64,000 nt of DNA. It comes from Ferruginibacter sp. Lineage in GTDB: Bacteria; Bacteroidota; Bacteroidia; Chitinophagales; Chitinophagaceae. The notes beneath the pieces are model-generated. The model worked only from the letters and a program-made list of their open reading frames with translations, was not told where the DNA came from and made no database searches. Positions within the stretch are counted from its first letter, which is position 1, and each line of letters opens with the position of its first letter. The stretch is from assembly GCA_046597635.1 (NCBI GenBank), contig JBKJKD010000144.1, forward strand, positions 2,905 to 66,904, in the 5' to 3' direction. A program made the position numbers and the translations under genes. This document shows positions 8,899 to 18,969 of the stretch, piece after piece.

Positions 8899-9446
8899 GT
8901 TGTCAGATGTTAGTTGTTAGATGACGGGAGTTAGGTATCAGGTGTTAGATGTTAGGTTTTAAGAATTAGGTGTTTTGTATTAAGGGTTACATGTTAGGTG
9001 ATAAGTTCGAAATATTGGTGCCTATTTTAAATTGCCTTTTTCGTAATAAGAAATGAGTCCATTTAAAATTTTAAGACACTCCTCAGTCATTTCATTTAGT
9101 TTGTCAAATTTTTCCTTTGACAAAATTTCCACCATTGCAGCTATATTCAGCAAAGTTTCTACTTCGTATAAAGAACCCCTTGCAATGTGTAAGAACTGAA
9201 TGGTATCCTTTTTATAATTTCTTCCCACGCCCTCCGCAATATTACTCGGCACGGAAGCAACTGCACGTTTTGTTTGAGATGTGAGAGCGAACAACTCATC
9301 TTTTGGAAAACTCTTCGTTAGCTCTTAAACTTCCCGAACCAACTGCATTGATTTTTTCCATGCCTCCAAATCTTTATATCCAGCCATAGAAAACTTTTTT
9401 AGAAAGATCTCAAATGTCGAGATGCTAACATCTAACATCTGACAAC
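8899..9446. mobile_element. Inverted-repeat-bounded cassette carrying only a four-helix-bundle gene (mobility inferred)
   Basis: 8899-8920 gttgtcagatgttagttgttag versus reverse complement of 9425-9446 gttgtcagatgttagatgttag (21/22). Heptad array runs to about 9000. Sits between moxR and DUF58. Confidence 0.5.
9022..9387 (-). pseudogene. Four helix bundle protein (23S rRNA IVS protein / TIGR02436-like) with in-frame TAA at codon 21
   Basis: MAGYKDLEAWKKSMQLVREV*ELTKSFPKDELFALTSQTKRAVASVPSNIAEG.GR...FLHIARGSLYEVET. The stop at 9325-9327 lies where Tyr is expected. Confidence 0.85.
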
Positions 9447-9464
9447 TAAAATCTACCTTCTCCC

Positions 9465-10466
9465 CTACGGCACATTTACCGTTCTCAAAATCTCGTCTAT
9501 AATTTCAAGCACATTTACATTTTCTGCTTCGGCTTCGTAAGTAAGACCTATACGATGACGCATCACATCTTTGCAAATGCTCCTTACATCTTCCGGAATA
9601 ACATAGCCTCTTTTATTGAGAAATGCATAGGCTTTAGCAGCCAATGCCAGGTTGATACTTGCTCTTGGAGATCCCCCAAAACCGATCAGGGGTTTTAGTT
9701 TAGACAGATTATAATTTTCCGGAAAGCGGGTAGCAAACACAATGTCCAGAATATAATTCTCTACCTTCTCATCAATGTACACTTGCCGCACCAATTCTTT
9801 TGCGGTTAATATTTCTGTAGTAGATGCAACAGGATAAATAATAGGAGCGACTAAGCCCAGCGTATTTTGCCGGATGATCATTTGCTCTTCAGATTTTGTG
9901 GGATAGGTTACCACTACTTTAAGCATAAAGCGATCTACCTGTGCTTCAGGCAGAGGATAAGTACCTTCCTGCTCAATAGGGTTTTGCGTAGCCAGTACGA
10001 GGAAGGGCTCTTGCAATTTATAACTGGTATCGCCAATAGTTACCTGCCGTTCCTGCATGGCTTCCAGCAAGGCACTTTGCACTTTGGCAGGTGCCCGGTT
10101 AATTTCATCCGCCAAAATAAAATTGGAAAAAATCGGGCCTTTACGAACAAAGAATTCGTTTTTGGATTGGTTGTAAATCATCGTACCTACCACATCTGCC
10201 GGAAGCAGATCTGGGGTAAACTGGATGCGGCTAAAATCCGCATGAATAGACTGAGCCAGCGATTTTATAGCCAGTGTTTTTGCCAGCCCGGGAACGCCCT
10301 CTAACAAAATATGACCGTTGCTTAACAGTCCAATCATGAGGCGTTCTATCATTGTTTGCTGGCCGACGATCACTTTGCTGAGCTCATCGTTTATTCTGGT
10401 AACAAACCCTGCTGCATGACTGATCTTTTCATTCAGGAGGCGAATGTCTTCTGCTGTTTGTAGCAT
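9465..10466 (-). CDS. moxR: MoxR family AAA+ ATPase
   Basis: LEGVPGLAKT, RIQFTPDLLPAD, LADEINRAPAKVQSALLEAMQE, ATQNPIEQEGTYPLPEAQ.DRF. Confidence 0.96.
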   Translation of the reverse strand: MLQTAEDIRLLNEKISHAAGFVTRINDELSKVIVGQQTMIERLMIGLLSNGHILLEGVPGLAKTLAIKSLAQSIHADFSRIQFTPDLLPADVVGTMIYNQSKNEFFVRKGPIFSNFILADEINRAPAKVQSALLEAMQERQVTIGDTSYKLQEPFLVLATQNPIEQEGTYPLPEAQVDRFMLKVVVTYPTKSEEQMIIRQNTLGLVAPIIYPVASTTEILTAKELVRQVYIDEKVENYILDIVFATRFPENYNLSKLKPLIGFGGSPRASINLALAAKAYAFLNKRGYVIPEDVRSICKDVMRHRIGLTYEAEAENVNVLEIIDEILRTVNVP

Positions 10467-10675
10467 ATTTTATAGGATAAATTTAGTGTTGCAAATTACG
10501 AAGTGAAAGTAAACAAAAATACTGCCACGTTGGGTATGGGCCAAATTGTATGTTAATTTCCCTCGTGCCAACAGCTTTTTATTTCCTCGCCAATGTTTGT
10601 CTAGCCAATATTCAAATATGGCTGGCTTCCCCATTCGCATTAACCAGTGACGATTGACCAATGACCGATAAGAGG

Positions 10676-12358
10676 CTAACTTAAGTACTTGCCCACAATT
10701 GGAACCCGGCGGCCTACGCCAAAAGCCTTTGGAGAAATACGAATGATGGGGCAAAACTGGTTGCGCTTGTATTCATTTATATTCACCATTTTTAATACAC
10801 GATCCACCAGGGCGTTGTCAAAACCTGCAGCTTTTATTTCTTCCGGGCCTTTGCTAAACTCTATATATTGATACAATAATTTATCCAGCACCTCATAATC
10901 GGGTAGGCTATCGGAATCTTTCTGACCGGGCCGTAGTTCTGCGCTGGGTGGTTTGGTGAGAATGTGCAAGGGAATAATTTCTTCGTGGCTATTAATATAT
11001 TTAGCCAATTCAAACACCTGTAGTTTATAGCAATCTCCCAATACTGATAAGCCCCCTGCCATGTCTCCGTACAATGTACCATAGCCCGTTGCCAGTTCAC
11101 TTTTATTAGAGGTATTCAACAGAATGAAACCAAATTTATTTGCTATGGCCATTAATAAATTTCCCCTGGTGCGGCTTTGAAGATTCTCTTCTGCCACACT
11201 AAAGGGAAGATCAGCAAAGAGGGGTTTTAGTTCTTTTAAAAAGCTGTCGTAAATATTGGCAATAGGAATGACGTGGTAGGGGTTACCCAAATTTTTACTC
11301 AATGCTTCTGCATCGCTTACAGAGTGGCCTGTAGAATATTCGGAGGGCATCAAAACAGCTGTTACATTTTCTTTGCCTAGAGCTTCGCATGCGAGCGCCA
11401 AAGTAACTGCACTGTCTATACCACCGCTGCTTCCAATAATCGCTTTGGTAAAACCCATTTTAGAAAAATAATCTTTTATACCCAGGACGAGCGCTTCATA
11501 CACCTGTGCAATATGTAAGGCAGGTTCGAGGCCAGCTGGGTTAAGTTCTGCATCGGGCAGCTGGCTCGCTGGTTCAAGCACCGGCCCTTCAATAGAGCCA
11601 TTGTTGTTTAAAATAAATGCCTGGCTCTCCTCTTTGAAACTGGCAAGCTTACCACATAGGTTGGCATCTCTATCAAACACCAATGAAGTACCATCAAAAA
11701 CAATTTCTGTTTGGCTGCCTACTCCGTTGCAATAAAACATGGGTATACCGTACTTCAACACATTTGCTTTTACGGTTGCGAGCCTGTCTGCACCATGCGT
11801 ATAATCAAAGGGTGAAGCAGAAATATTGATCATCAAATCTGGCTGATCTCCCATTAAAATATCCATTGGGCAGTATTTATACAAAGGGTTGCTGCCAAGG
11901 TTCCAGATATCTTCGCAAATAGTGATCGCTATTTTTTTACCTTTAAATTCTACGAGGTTCCAATCATGGGCAGGTTCAAAATAACGATCTTCATCAAACA
12001 CATCGTAGGTGGGTAAACATGTTTTATGAATCACCTGTTTTATTTCCTGGTCTTCTAAAAAATAAGCAGCGTTGAAAAGATCTTTTCCCTCCAGTGCCTC
12101 ATTGCGGTGCGGCCCACCTACGAGCACAGCAATTCCATCTGCGTGTTTTTTAATAATATCGATCGAGTGATAACATTGATCGATAAAATTTTTGAAATAT
12201 AAAAAATCCCGGGGCGGATACCCGCAAACACTGAGTTCACTAAAAACTACCAGGTCTGCAGACTGTGCCTTTGCTTCTAAAATCGCATCTATTATTTTTT
12301 GTGTATTGATTTCAAAGTTGCCAATATGATAATTCTGTTGGGCCAAAAATATTTTCAT
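10676..12358 (-). CDS. nadE: Glutamine-dependent NAD+ synthetase
   Basis: Nitrilase domain (FSEL, ICEDIW) plus SSGGIDS, NKSELATGYGTLYGD, KPPSAELRPGQKD. Confidence 0.96.
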   Translation of the reverse strand: MKIFLAQQNYHIGNFEINTQKIIDAILEAKAQSADLVVFSELSVCGYPPRDFLYFKNFIDQCYHSIDIIKKHADGIAVLVGGPHRNEALEGKDLFNAAYFLEDQEIKQVIHKTCLPTYDVFDEDRYFEPAHDWNLVEFKGKKIAITICEDIWNLGSNPLYKYCPMDILMGDQPDLMINISASPFDYTHGADRLATVKANVLKYGIPMFYCNGVGSQTEIVFDGTSLVFDRDANLCGKLASFKEESQAFILNNNGSIEGPVLEPASQLPDAELNPAGLEPALHIAQVYEALVLGIKDYFSKMGFTKAIIGSSGGIDSAVTLALACEALGKENVTAVLMPSEYSTGHSVSDAEALSKNLGNPYHVIPIANIYDSFLKELKPLFADLPFSVAEENLQSRTRGNLLMAIANKFGFILLNTSNKSELATGYGTLYGDMAGGLSVLGDCYKLQVFELAKYINSHEEIIPLHILTKPPSAELRPGQKDSDSLPDYEVLDKLLYQYIEFSKGPEEIKAAGFDNALVDRVLKMVNINEYKRNQFCPIIRISPKAFGVGRRVPIVGKYLS

Positions 12359-12435
12359 AAACCAATTTACTTAATGAGCTTAACTGTAAGTTTGTGTGCA
12401 AATAGTAAAGTTAAATCTTTCAAAAGCATTAACGT

Positions 12436-13446
12436 ATGAGATTTTTATGGATAGCGGCAGTTTTGATTTTGATTGGCAGCGGGTGTAACGACAACGATAC
12501 GCCGGATGTGTCTGCAATAAAAATAAGCCTCAGTACACAGCGTTTTGAGCAGGATTTTTTTAGTATGGATAGTGCACGCTCTAAAGAATCATTTGAAAAA
12601 TTGATGATGAAATATCCTGGCTTTGGCGAAAATTTTATTACGACCATTTTAAATACAGATCCTAAATGGCCGGCAGATACAGCGCTCAATTACCTTAAAA
12701 GTTTCATTGCAGCGTATCGCCCTGTGTACGATACTTCACAAAAGGTATTTGATGATTTTGCTCCTTACGAAAAGGAGGTTCAAAAAAGCCTGCAGTACCT
12801 AAAGCATTATTTTCCGCAATACCCTGCACCAAAAAAAATAATTACTTACATCGGACCAATGGATGGCTATGGTGATATTTTAGATGTGGATGCTTTTATC
12901 GTTGGCCTGCACCAACACCTGGGCAGCAATTATTCTATGTATAAATCTGCATTGGTAAGAGAAACCTATCCCGATTATATTAGTAGCCGCTTTAAACCCG
13001 ACTACATAGCTGTGAATTGTATGAAAAATGTTGTGTTGGATATGTACCCTGAAAAACTGGAAGATAAAACCCTGGTAGTGCAAATGGTTGAAAAAGGAAA
13101 GCGTTTGTACCTTCTTCAAAAATTAGTTCCTTTTGCAAAAGACTACCAATTGATTGGTTATACAGAAAAGCAATTGAAGGAAAGCAAAGCAAGGGAAGCT
13201 GCTATTTGGGATATCTTTGTACAAAACGGATTACTACAATCTATAGACAACAGCGTTATCAAAAATTACATAGGTGAAAGTCCTAAAACAACGGAGCTTG
13301 GCGAAGCAGCCCCAGGCAACATTGGTGCCTTTGCCGGCTGGCAAATAGTACAAAAATTTATGAACAAGTTTCCGGAAACCAGTTTACAGCAGTTGATGAG
13401 CACCGATGCAGAAACGCTTTTTTCCCAGGCCAAGTACAAACCTTAG
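12436..13446 (+). CDS. gldB: Gliding motility lipoprotein GldB-like
   Basis: Lipobox SGC, RFEQDFF, MVEKGK.LY, YIGESP, PGNIGAFAGWQIV. Confidence 0.85.
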   Translation: MRFLWIAAVLILIGSGCNDNDTPDVSAIKISLSTQRFEQDFFSMDSARSKESFEKLMMKYPGFGENFITTILNTDPKWPADTALNYLKSFIAAYRPVYDTSQKVFDDFAPYEKEVQKSLQYLKHYFPQYPAPKKIITYIGPMDGYGDILDVDAFIVGLHQHLGSNYSMYKSALVRETYPDYISSRFKPDYIAVNCMKNVVLDMYPEKLEDKTLVVQMVEKGKRLYLLQKLVPFAKDYQLIGYTEKQLKESKAREAAIWDIFVQNGLLQSIDNSVIKNYIGESPKTTELGEAAPGNIGAFAGWQIVQKFMNKFPETSLQQLMSTDAETLFSQAKYKP

Positions 13447-13447
13447 C

Positions 13448-14566
13448 CTATGCTGCTGCCTTTGTTTGAGTCTGCGCTTCTAAAAATGCTGCTGAGGGTT
13501 GTTTGCCTAATTGCCTCATTACTCTAAAGTGAGAGCCGATGGCCTCGCTCATAGTATCGTAATAATTGTAAGGAACATTAAACTCCCTGCATTTTTCCTT
13601 TACTATTTTGCTTATGGCCGGATAATGTACATGACTAACCTTTGGAAACAGATGGTGCTCTACCTGGTAGTTTAGTCCGCCTACAAACCAGGAAATTACC
13701 TTATTGCTCATGGCAAAGTTTGAAGTAGTTTTTAACTGATGCACTGCCCATGCTGTTTCAATATGTTTGGTGGTATCTAAAGGAATGTGTTCGAACTCTG
13801 TATTTTCTAACACGTGTGCCAATTGAAACACAAGTGATAAGGTGAGCCCCATGGTAAGATTCATAGCCATAAAACCAGCTAACCAACCCCAAAAGCCCCA
13901 TACATACATGGGAACAGCTATAAAAATAAAAGCATACCATAATTTGGTCAACCAAAATACCAGATGATTTTTGGGAGATAATTTCCAGGCCTCAGTAGTG
14001 TAGATTTTCCTGGTAAAATATTTAGTGAAATCCATGAACAAAATCCAGAAGATGGATGACATAGCATAAGCAGGCAAAAGATACAAATGTTGCACCTTAT
14101 GTGCAGGAACCCATTTTTGCGTTTCGCATTGGCGAATAATCGGGCTTTTGGCAATGTCATCGTCGATGCCATCTACGTTAGTGTAAGTATGATGGATGAT
14201 ATTGTGCTTCTGCTTCCAAAAGTATGCACTTGCACCAAGAGCGTTGGCAGAAAGACCTAAAACTTCGTTGAGAGTAGTGTTGTTGCTGTAGCTGCCATGG
14301 TTGGCATCGTGCATCACACTAAAACCAATACTTGCAGCAAGAAAACCGAACAAACTGGCAAGCAATAGAGCAGGAAATACCCCAATAGAAACAAACATAG
14401 CTAAGTAATACACAATTACGGCCGATGAAAGCAGTACAATTGTTTTGGTAAACAATCGCCAGTCGCCGGTTTTTTCAATGTTGTTGCTGGTAAAATATTG
14501 ATCAACGCTGGTTTTCAAACTTTGAAAAAATGCGTTGTCTTTGTTGTTAAAGATTATTTTAGACAT
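13448..14566 (-). CDS. Membrane fatty acid (acyl-CoA) desaturase
   Basis: His boxes HDANH, HNIIHH, QVEHHLFP. Confidence 0.93.
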   Translation of the reverse strand: MSKIIFNNKDNAFFQSLKTSVDQYFTSNNIEKTGDWRLFTKTIVLLSSAVIVYYLAMFVSIGVFPALLLASLFGFLAASIGFSVMHDANHGSYSNNTTLNEVLGLSANALGASAYFWKQKHNIIHHTYTNVDGIDDDIAKSPIIRQCETQKWVPAHKVQHLYLLPAYAMSSIFWILFMDFTKYFTRKIYTTEAWKLSPKNHLVFWLTKLWYAFIFIAVPMYVWGFWGWLAGFMAMNLTMGLTLSLVFQLAHVLENTEFEHIPLDTTKHIETAWAVHQLKTTSNFAMSNKVISWFVGGLNYQVEHHLFPKVSHVHYPAISKIVKEKCREFNVPYNYYDTMSEAIGSHFRVMRQLGKQPSAAFLEAQTQTKAAA

Positions 14567-14689
14567 GTAGATAATATATATGCGTATTTAATTTTATTGT
14601 TAAATTCCGAGAACGTGGCAATATAAGTATTTTATGTTTACGGGCAGATGATTGTAGACCGCAACAGCTTAAAATAACAGAAAAGGCTG

Positions 14690-15076
14690 TTAATTGAGCT
14701 TAAAAGGCACCTGCATTTCAAAGGCGGGAATAGTCACCCTGAAGGTCTGCAGCGAGTCAAGATTTTCCATCAGGTAAGTGCCGTGCATTCTTCCAAACTC
14801 TGTCTTAAGATTACAACCACTCATATACTGGTATTGTTCGCCGGTCAAAATCTGTGGCTGTTCCCCTACTACGCCTTCACCCTCCACCTCTTTCATACTT
14901 CCGTCGCTGTCAAAAATATGCCAATGGCGGCTCAGCAACTTTATAGTGAAGTCATTGCTGTTTTCAATAGTAATTCTGTAAGCAAACATAAACTCGTTAT
15001 TCAACGGATTGCTGAACTCTGGTTGATAAAACGATTCTACGCTTATCTTAACGCCACCGGAAATTTTACTAGTCAT
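14690..15076 (-). CDS. apaG: ApaG protein (start moved to MTSKISGG, 128 aa)
   Basis: FAYRITIEN, LLSRHWHI, VEGEGVVGEQP, YQYMSGC, G.MHGTY. Confidence 0.93.
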   Translation of the reverse strand: MTSKISGGVKISVESFYQPEFSNPLNNEFMFAYRITIENSNDFTIKLLSRHWHIFDSDGSMKEVEGEGVVGEQPQILTGEQYQYMSGCNLKTEFGRMHGTYLMENLDSLQTFRVTIPAFEMQVPFKLN

Positions 15077-15130
15077 GTGTTTAAATTTACTCCAGGTTAC
15101 CAAATATAACGACGGGCATTTTTGAGGCAT

Positions 15131-15475
15131 CTACCTTTTTTGCGTGAGTTTGTATTCATTTTTCAACAACCAACCCAGCACTTTCTCCCGGTTATCTCCC
15201 TGCACAATTATTTCTCCCTCTTTTACAGAACCACCTGTTCCGCAAAATGCTTTTAATTTTTTTCCCAGTGCTTCTGCATCAGCGGCTGTGCCTTCAAAGC
15301 CGGCCACCAGCGTCACAGCTTTGCCCGCCCTGTGTTTAGTATCCAGCCTCACTTTCAGGCGTTGCTGCGAAGGGGGCAAAGTTTCCTGCACATTCTCCTG
15401 ATCTTCTTCTCTTTTAAAAGAAGGATCAGTAGAGTATACTAGAGCGCTGCCTGGTGTCAGTTTATTCTTTGCCAT
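15131..15475 (-). CDS. SUI1/YciH translation initiation factor
   Basis: LVYSTDP, R.GKAVTLV, LKAFCGTGGSVKEGEI.VQGD. Confidence 0.92.
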   Translation of the reverse strand: MAKNKLTPGSALVYSTDPSFKREEDQENVQETLPPSQQRLKVRLDTKHRAGKAVTLVAGFEGTAADAEALGKKLKAFCGTGGSVKEGEIIVQGDNREKVLGWLLKNEYKLTQKR

Positions 15476-15477
15476 AT

Positions 15478-16332
15478 CTAAGAAAGAGTTACCGCTTTTA
15501 AACTTAGATCCAAACTTACCGCTTGGTGAATTACGGCGCCGCTTGAAATAAAGTCAACCCCAGTTGCTGCATATGCTTCAAGGTTCTCTAGGTTAATACC
15601 GCCGCTGGCTTCTGTTTGGTATTTACCTTTTATAATTTTTAGCGCTTCAATGATTAGCTCGGGCGAAAAATTATCCAGCATAATACTGTTTACCTTACCC
15701 GTTTCCATTACTTTTTCTACGTCTGACAGCGAACGGGTTTCTACTTCTATTTTCAAACCTGGTTTTTTCGTCTGCACATATTGCCATGCTTTTTCTATAG
15801 CCTCTTTTATCCCTCCGCAGTAATCAATATGATTGTCTTTCAGCATAATCATATCGTACAAACCTATACGATGATTAACTCCACCACCAATTCGCACAGC
15901 CTCCTTTTCTAACACCCTGAAATTAGGAGTTGTTTTGCGGGTATCTAATAAACGTGTATTATAACCTTTTAGTTTGTTCACATAAGTATTGGTGAGTGTG
16001 GCTATGCCGCTCATTCGCTGCATGCAGTTCAGTACAAGGCGTTCACATTGCAAAATCGTATGCACTTTGGCACTTACTTCAAAGGCTTGTTCACCAAAAG
16101 ACATAGCTTCCCCATCTTTTTTTTGGGGTGTAAAAATTGCATCTTGCTCCATGTAATGAAAAATACTTCTGGCCACATCTATGCCTGCGAGAATGCCTCC
16201 TTGCTTAATTTTTAATATGGCTTTACCTCTTGTGTCAGGCCCGACAGTAGAAAGCGTAGAGTGGTCTCCATCGCCAATATCTTCTGCCAGTGCATTTTTA
16301 ATAAGAAAAATGATCTGTTCATCCTTGGTCAT
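15478..16332 (-). CDS. nadC: Nicotinate-nucleotide pyrophosphorylase (carboxylating)
   Basis: EDIGDGDHST, ERLVLN..QRMSGIAT, DTRKTTP, HRIGLYD, EVE, MLDNF, EASGGI. Confidence 0.97.
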   Translation of the reverse strand: MTKDEQIIFLIKNALAEDIGDGDHSTLSTVGPDTRGKAILKIKQGGILAGIDVARSIFHYMEQDAIFTPQKKDGEAMSFGEQAFEVSAKVHTILQCERLVLNCMQRMSGIATLTNTYVNKLKGYNTRLLDTRKTTPNFRVLEKEAVRIGGGVNHRIGLYDMIMLKDNHIDYCGGIKEAIEKAWQYVQTKKPGLKIEVETRSLSDVEKVMETGKVNSIMLDNFSPELIIEALKIIKGKYQTEASGGINLENLEAYAATGVDFISSGAVIHQAVSLDLSLKAVTLS

Positions 16333-16412
16333 GAAGGCAAAGCTAAGTAAGGAAATTCGTTTTGTGATATTAAAAAAGCCCCGTTTGGAGCTTTTTATAT
16401 CAGTATAAATTG

Positions 16413-16793
16413 TTATTCATTTTCGAGCCGTATTTCCTGCAGAAACTGCTTATCCCCTCTTTGTTTCATAAAAATAGTGGTGCGAAATGTGCCGTTTTTT
16501 GTAATTAATTTGCCAATGCAATATTGAGACCCAGCATTATCACCCTTGTGAATTACCTGGAAACTTTTAACTGGATTTGTCACCAAAAAATCTCTCAAAA
16601 TAACTTCCGCCTGGCTCTTGCTATAACTGTTTCCTTTTTGCGGTAGGGTGATGTCTACCGTATTGTCAAAATATCGGGAAACCTGCCCTGCATTGCTTGC
16701 CTGCAGGGCATTTATCACTTCCTGGATGCCTGTTTGTGCTGAGGAAGAGAGTGTGAGTAAACCGGCGCATATCAGTGTAAAAAATGCTTTCAT
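16413..16793 (-). CDS. DUF4783 domain protein
   Basis: Signal peptide, YFDNTVDI, YSKSQAE.IL.DF, IHKG, Y.IG.L.T.NG.FR. Confidence 0.8.
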   Translation of the reverse strand: MKAFFTLICAGLLTLSSSAQTGIQEVINALQASNAGQVSRYFDNTVDITLPQKGNSYSKSQAEVILRDFLVTNPVKSFQVIHKGDNAGSQYCIGKLITKNGTFRTTIFMKQRGDKQFLQEIRLENE

Positions 16794-16927
16794 ATTAGTT
16801 CAAGTTTATTAATGCCTATTTGTCTAAAAACGTGCCAACAAAGCATCCTATTGCCCATTTAAGATTTATTTACAACGCAACAATATAGCTATTCGCAAGC
16901 TACACTTCAAATAAGTAGCTTTACAGC

Positions 16928-18442
16928 ATGGAAAATAAGAAAACAATGCTAGTAATCATGGACGGGTGGGGTTTAGGCAAAATTAAAAGCAGTGATGCTA
17001 TTCAACATGCAAATGTTCCTTTTGTGACATCCTTGTACTCCAAATATCCAAATTCTACGCTAAAAACCTGTGGTTTAGATGTAGGTCTACCGGAGGGCCA
17101 GATGGGAAACAGTGAAGTGGGTCACCTGAACCTGGGTGCTGGCAGGGTTGTTTACCAGGAGCTGGAAAGAATCAATGTTGCTATCAGGGATAAATCTTTT
17201 TTTGAAAATACCACGCTACTTCAGTCTATCTCGTACTGTAAGGAGCACAATAAACCATTGCACCTCCTGGGCCTCGTAAGCAACGGCGGGGTTCATTCTC
17301 ACATCAACCATGTAAAAGCAATAGCCGATCTATGCCTGGCGCACCAGTTTACGAATCTGCTCATACATGCTTTTACTGATGGAAGGGATACGGATCCAAA
17401 AAGTGGCGTTCGATTTATAGAAGAACTTCAGCAGTATTTAGAAACATCTACCGGCAAAATAGCCAGCATTACCGGCCGGTATTATGCCATGGATAGAGAC
17501 AAAAGATGGGAAAGAATTAGTTTGGCCTACGAGGCTTTGGTGCATGCAAAAGGTGAAAAATCGGAGGACCTTATTGCTTCCATGCTGGCATCTTACGACA
17601 AAAATAAAACAGATGAATTTCTGCTTCCCATCATTAATGCAAACCTTGCTGAAACCAAGATCCAGGATGGTGACGCCGTCATCAGTTTTAACTTTAGAAC
17701 AGACAGATGCCGGGAAATTACAGAAGCACTTACGCAATTCGATTTTCCTGAACAAAATATGCACAAGCTTAACCTGCATTTTACCACCATGACATTGTAC
17801 GATCATGCTTATGAAAATGTGAACGTTATATTTGAAAAAGACAACCTTGAAAATACTTTGGGAGAAGTGCTTTCAGCACACGGCAAAACCCAGTTGCGCA
17901 TGGCTGAAACCGAAAAATATCCCCACGTAAGTTTCTTTTTTAGTGGTGGCAGAGAAGTACCTTTTGAGGGTGAGAAAAGAATTATGGTGCCGTCACCAAA
18001 AGTAGCCACCTACGATCTGCAGCCAGAAATGAGCGCTTATGAATTAACCACCATGGCCATTAACGAAATCAATGAGTCTACGCCAGATTTTATTTGTCTG
18101 AATTTTGCCAATGCCGATATGGTGGGTCACACAGGTATTTGGGAAGCGGTGATAAAAGCTGTAGAAACGGTAGACAGCTGTGTTGAAAAGTTGGTAGCCG
18201 CAGCACTTGAAAAAGACTATTGCATTTTCTTAACTGCCGATCATGGCAATGCCGATTACGAAATTAATGAAGACGGTTCACCCAATACTGCGCACACGCT
18301 AAATCTTGTGCCGCTATTTGTAATAGATAAAAACTGGAGGGGCACACTTAATGATGGAAAATTGGCTGATATTGCGCCCAGCATTTTACAAATGATGGAC
18401 ATTCCTGTTCCGGCAGCTATGACGGGTAACATACTTTTTTAA
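16928..18442 (+). CDS. gpmI: 2,3-bisphosphoglycerate-independent phosphoglycerate mutase
   Basis: MDGWG, GQMGNSEVGH, GRYYAMDRD, AETEKYPHV, NFANADMVGHTG, ADHGNA. Confidence 0.98.
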   Translation: MENKKTMLVIMDGWGLGKIKSSDAIQHANVPFVTSLYSKYPNSTLKTCGLDVGLPEGQMGNSEVGHLNLGAGRVVYQELERINVAIRDKSFFENTTLLQSISYCKEHNKPLHLLGLVSNGGVHSHINHVKAIADLCLAHQFTNLLIHAFTDGRDTDPKSGVRFIEELQQYLETSTGKIASITGRYYAMDRDKRWERISLAYEALVHAKGEKSEDLIASMLASYDKNKTDEFLLPIINANLAETKIQDGDAVISFNFRTDRCREITEALTQFDFPEQNMHKLNLHFTTMTLYDHAYENVNVIFEKDNLENTLGEVLSAHGKTQLRMAETEKYPHVSFFFSGGREVPFEGEKRIMVPSPKVATYDLQPEMSAYELTTMAINEINESTPDFICLNFANADMVGHTGIWEAVIKAVETVDSCVEKLVAAALEKDYCIFLTADHGNADYEINEDGSPNTAHTLNLVPLFVIDKNWRGTLNDGKLADIAPSILQMMDIPVPAAMTGNILF

Positions 18443-18454
18443 ACGAAACAGAAA

Positions 18455-18952
18455 ATGAAAATATTGAAACGAATAGGCATTGGTTTGATCGTGTTGTTAT
18501 TACTGGCTCAGTTTTATCCAAGACCTGAAAGAAATAAAGCCAATACACCTGAGCCGAAACATATCCGCAGTGTTTACCCGATCCCTGGCGATGTGGAAGC
18601 ATTGATGAAAAGCAGTTGTTATGATTGTCATAGCAATAATACTGTATACCCATGGTATTCAAATATTCAACCCGTTGCATGGTGGCTGGGCGATCATATT
18701 GAAGAGGGAAAAAAGGAGCTAAACTTTTCTGAGTTTGCCAACTATTCCCTGGCCCGTCAATACAGAAAATTAGAAGAGGTTATATCAGAAGTAAAGGAGG
18801 GTAAAATGCCCCTTGAATCGTACACCTTTATTCACAGAAATGCTAACTTTAGTGCAGCACAGCGACAAGTAATTACCTCCTGGGCGGAGAATATCCGAAG
18901 TGAAATGACGCAAAAATATCCTGCAGACAGTCTTATAAGAAAGAAAAAATAA
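18455..18952 (+). CDS. Haem-binding (Haem_bd) monoheme cytochrome c-like protein
   Basis: Signal anchor, SCYDCHSN (CxxCH), YPWYS, LNFSE, MPLESY. Confidence 0.88.
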   Translation: MKILKRIGIGLIVLLLLAQFYPRPERNKANTPEPKHIRSVYPIPGDVEALMKSSCYDCHSNNTVYPWYSNIQPVAWWLGDHIEEGKKELNFSEFANYSLARQYRKLEEVISEVKEGKMPLESYTFIHRNANFSAAQRQVITSWAENIRSEMTQKYPADSLIRKKK

Positions 18953-18969
18953 ATGCATCCTCTCTTGCA

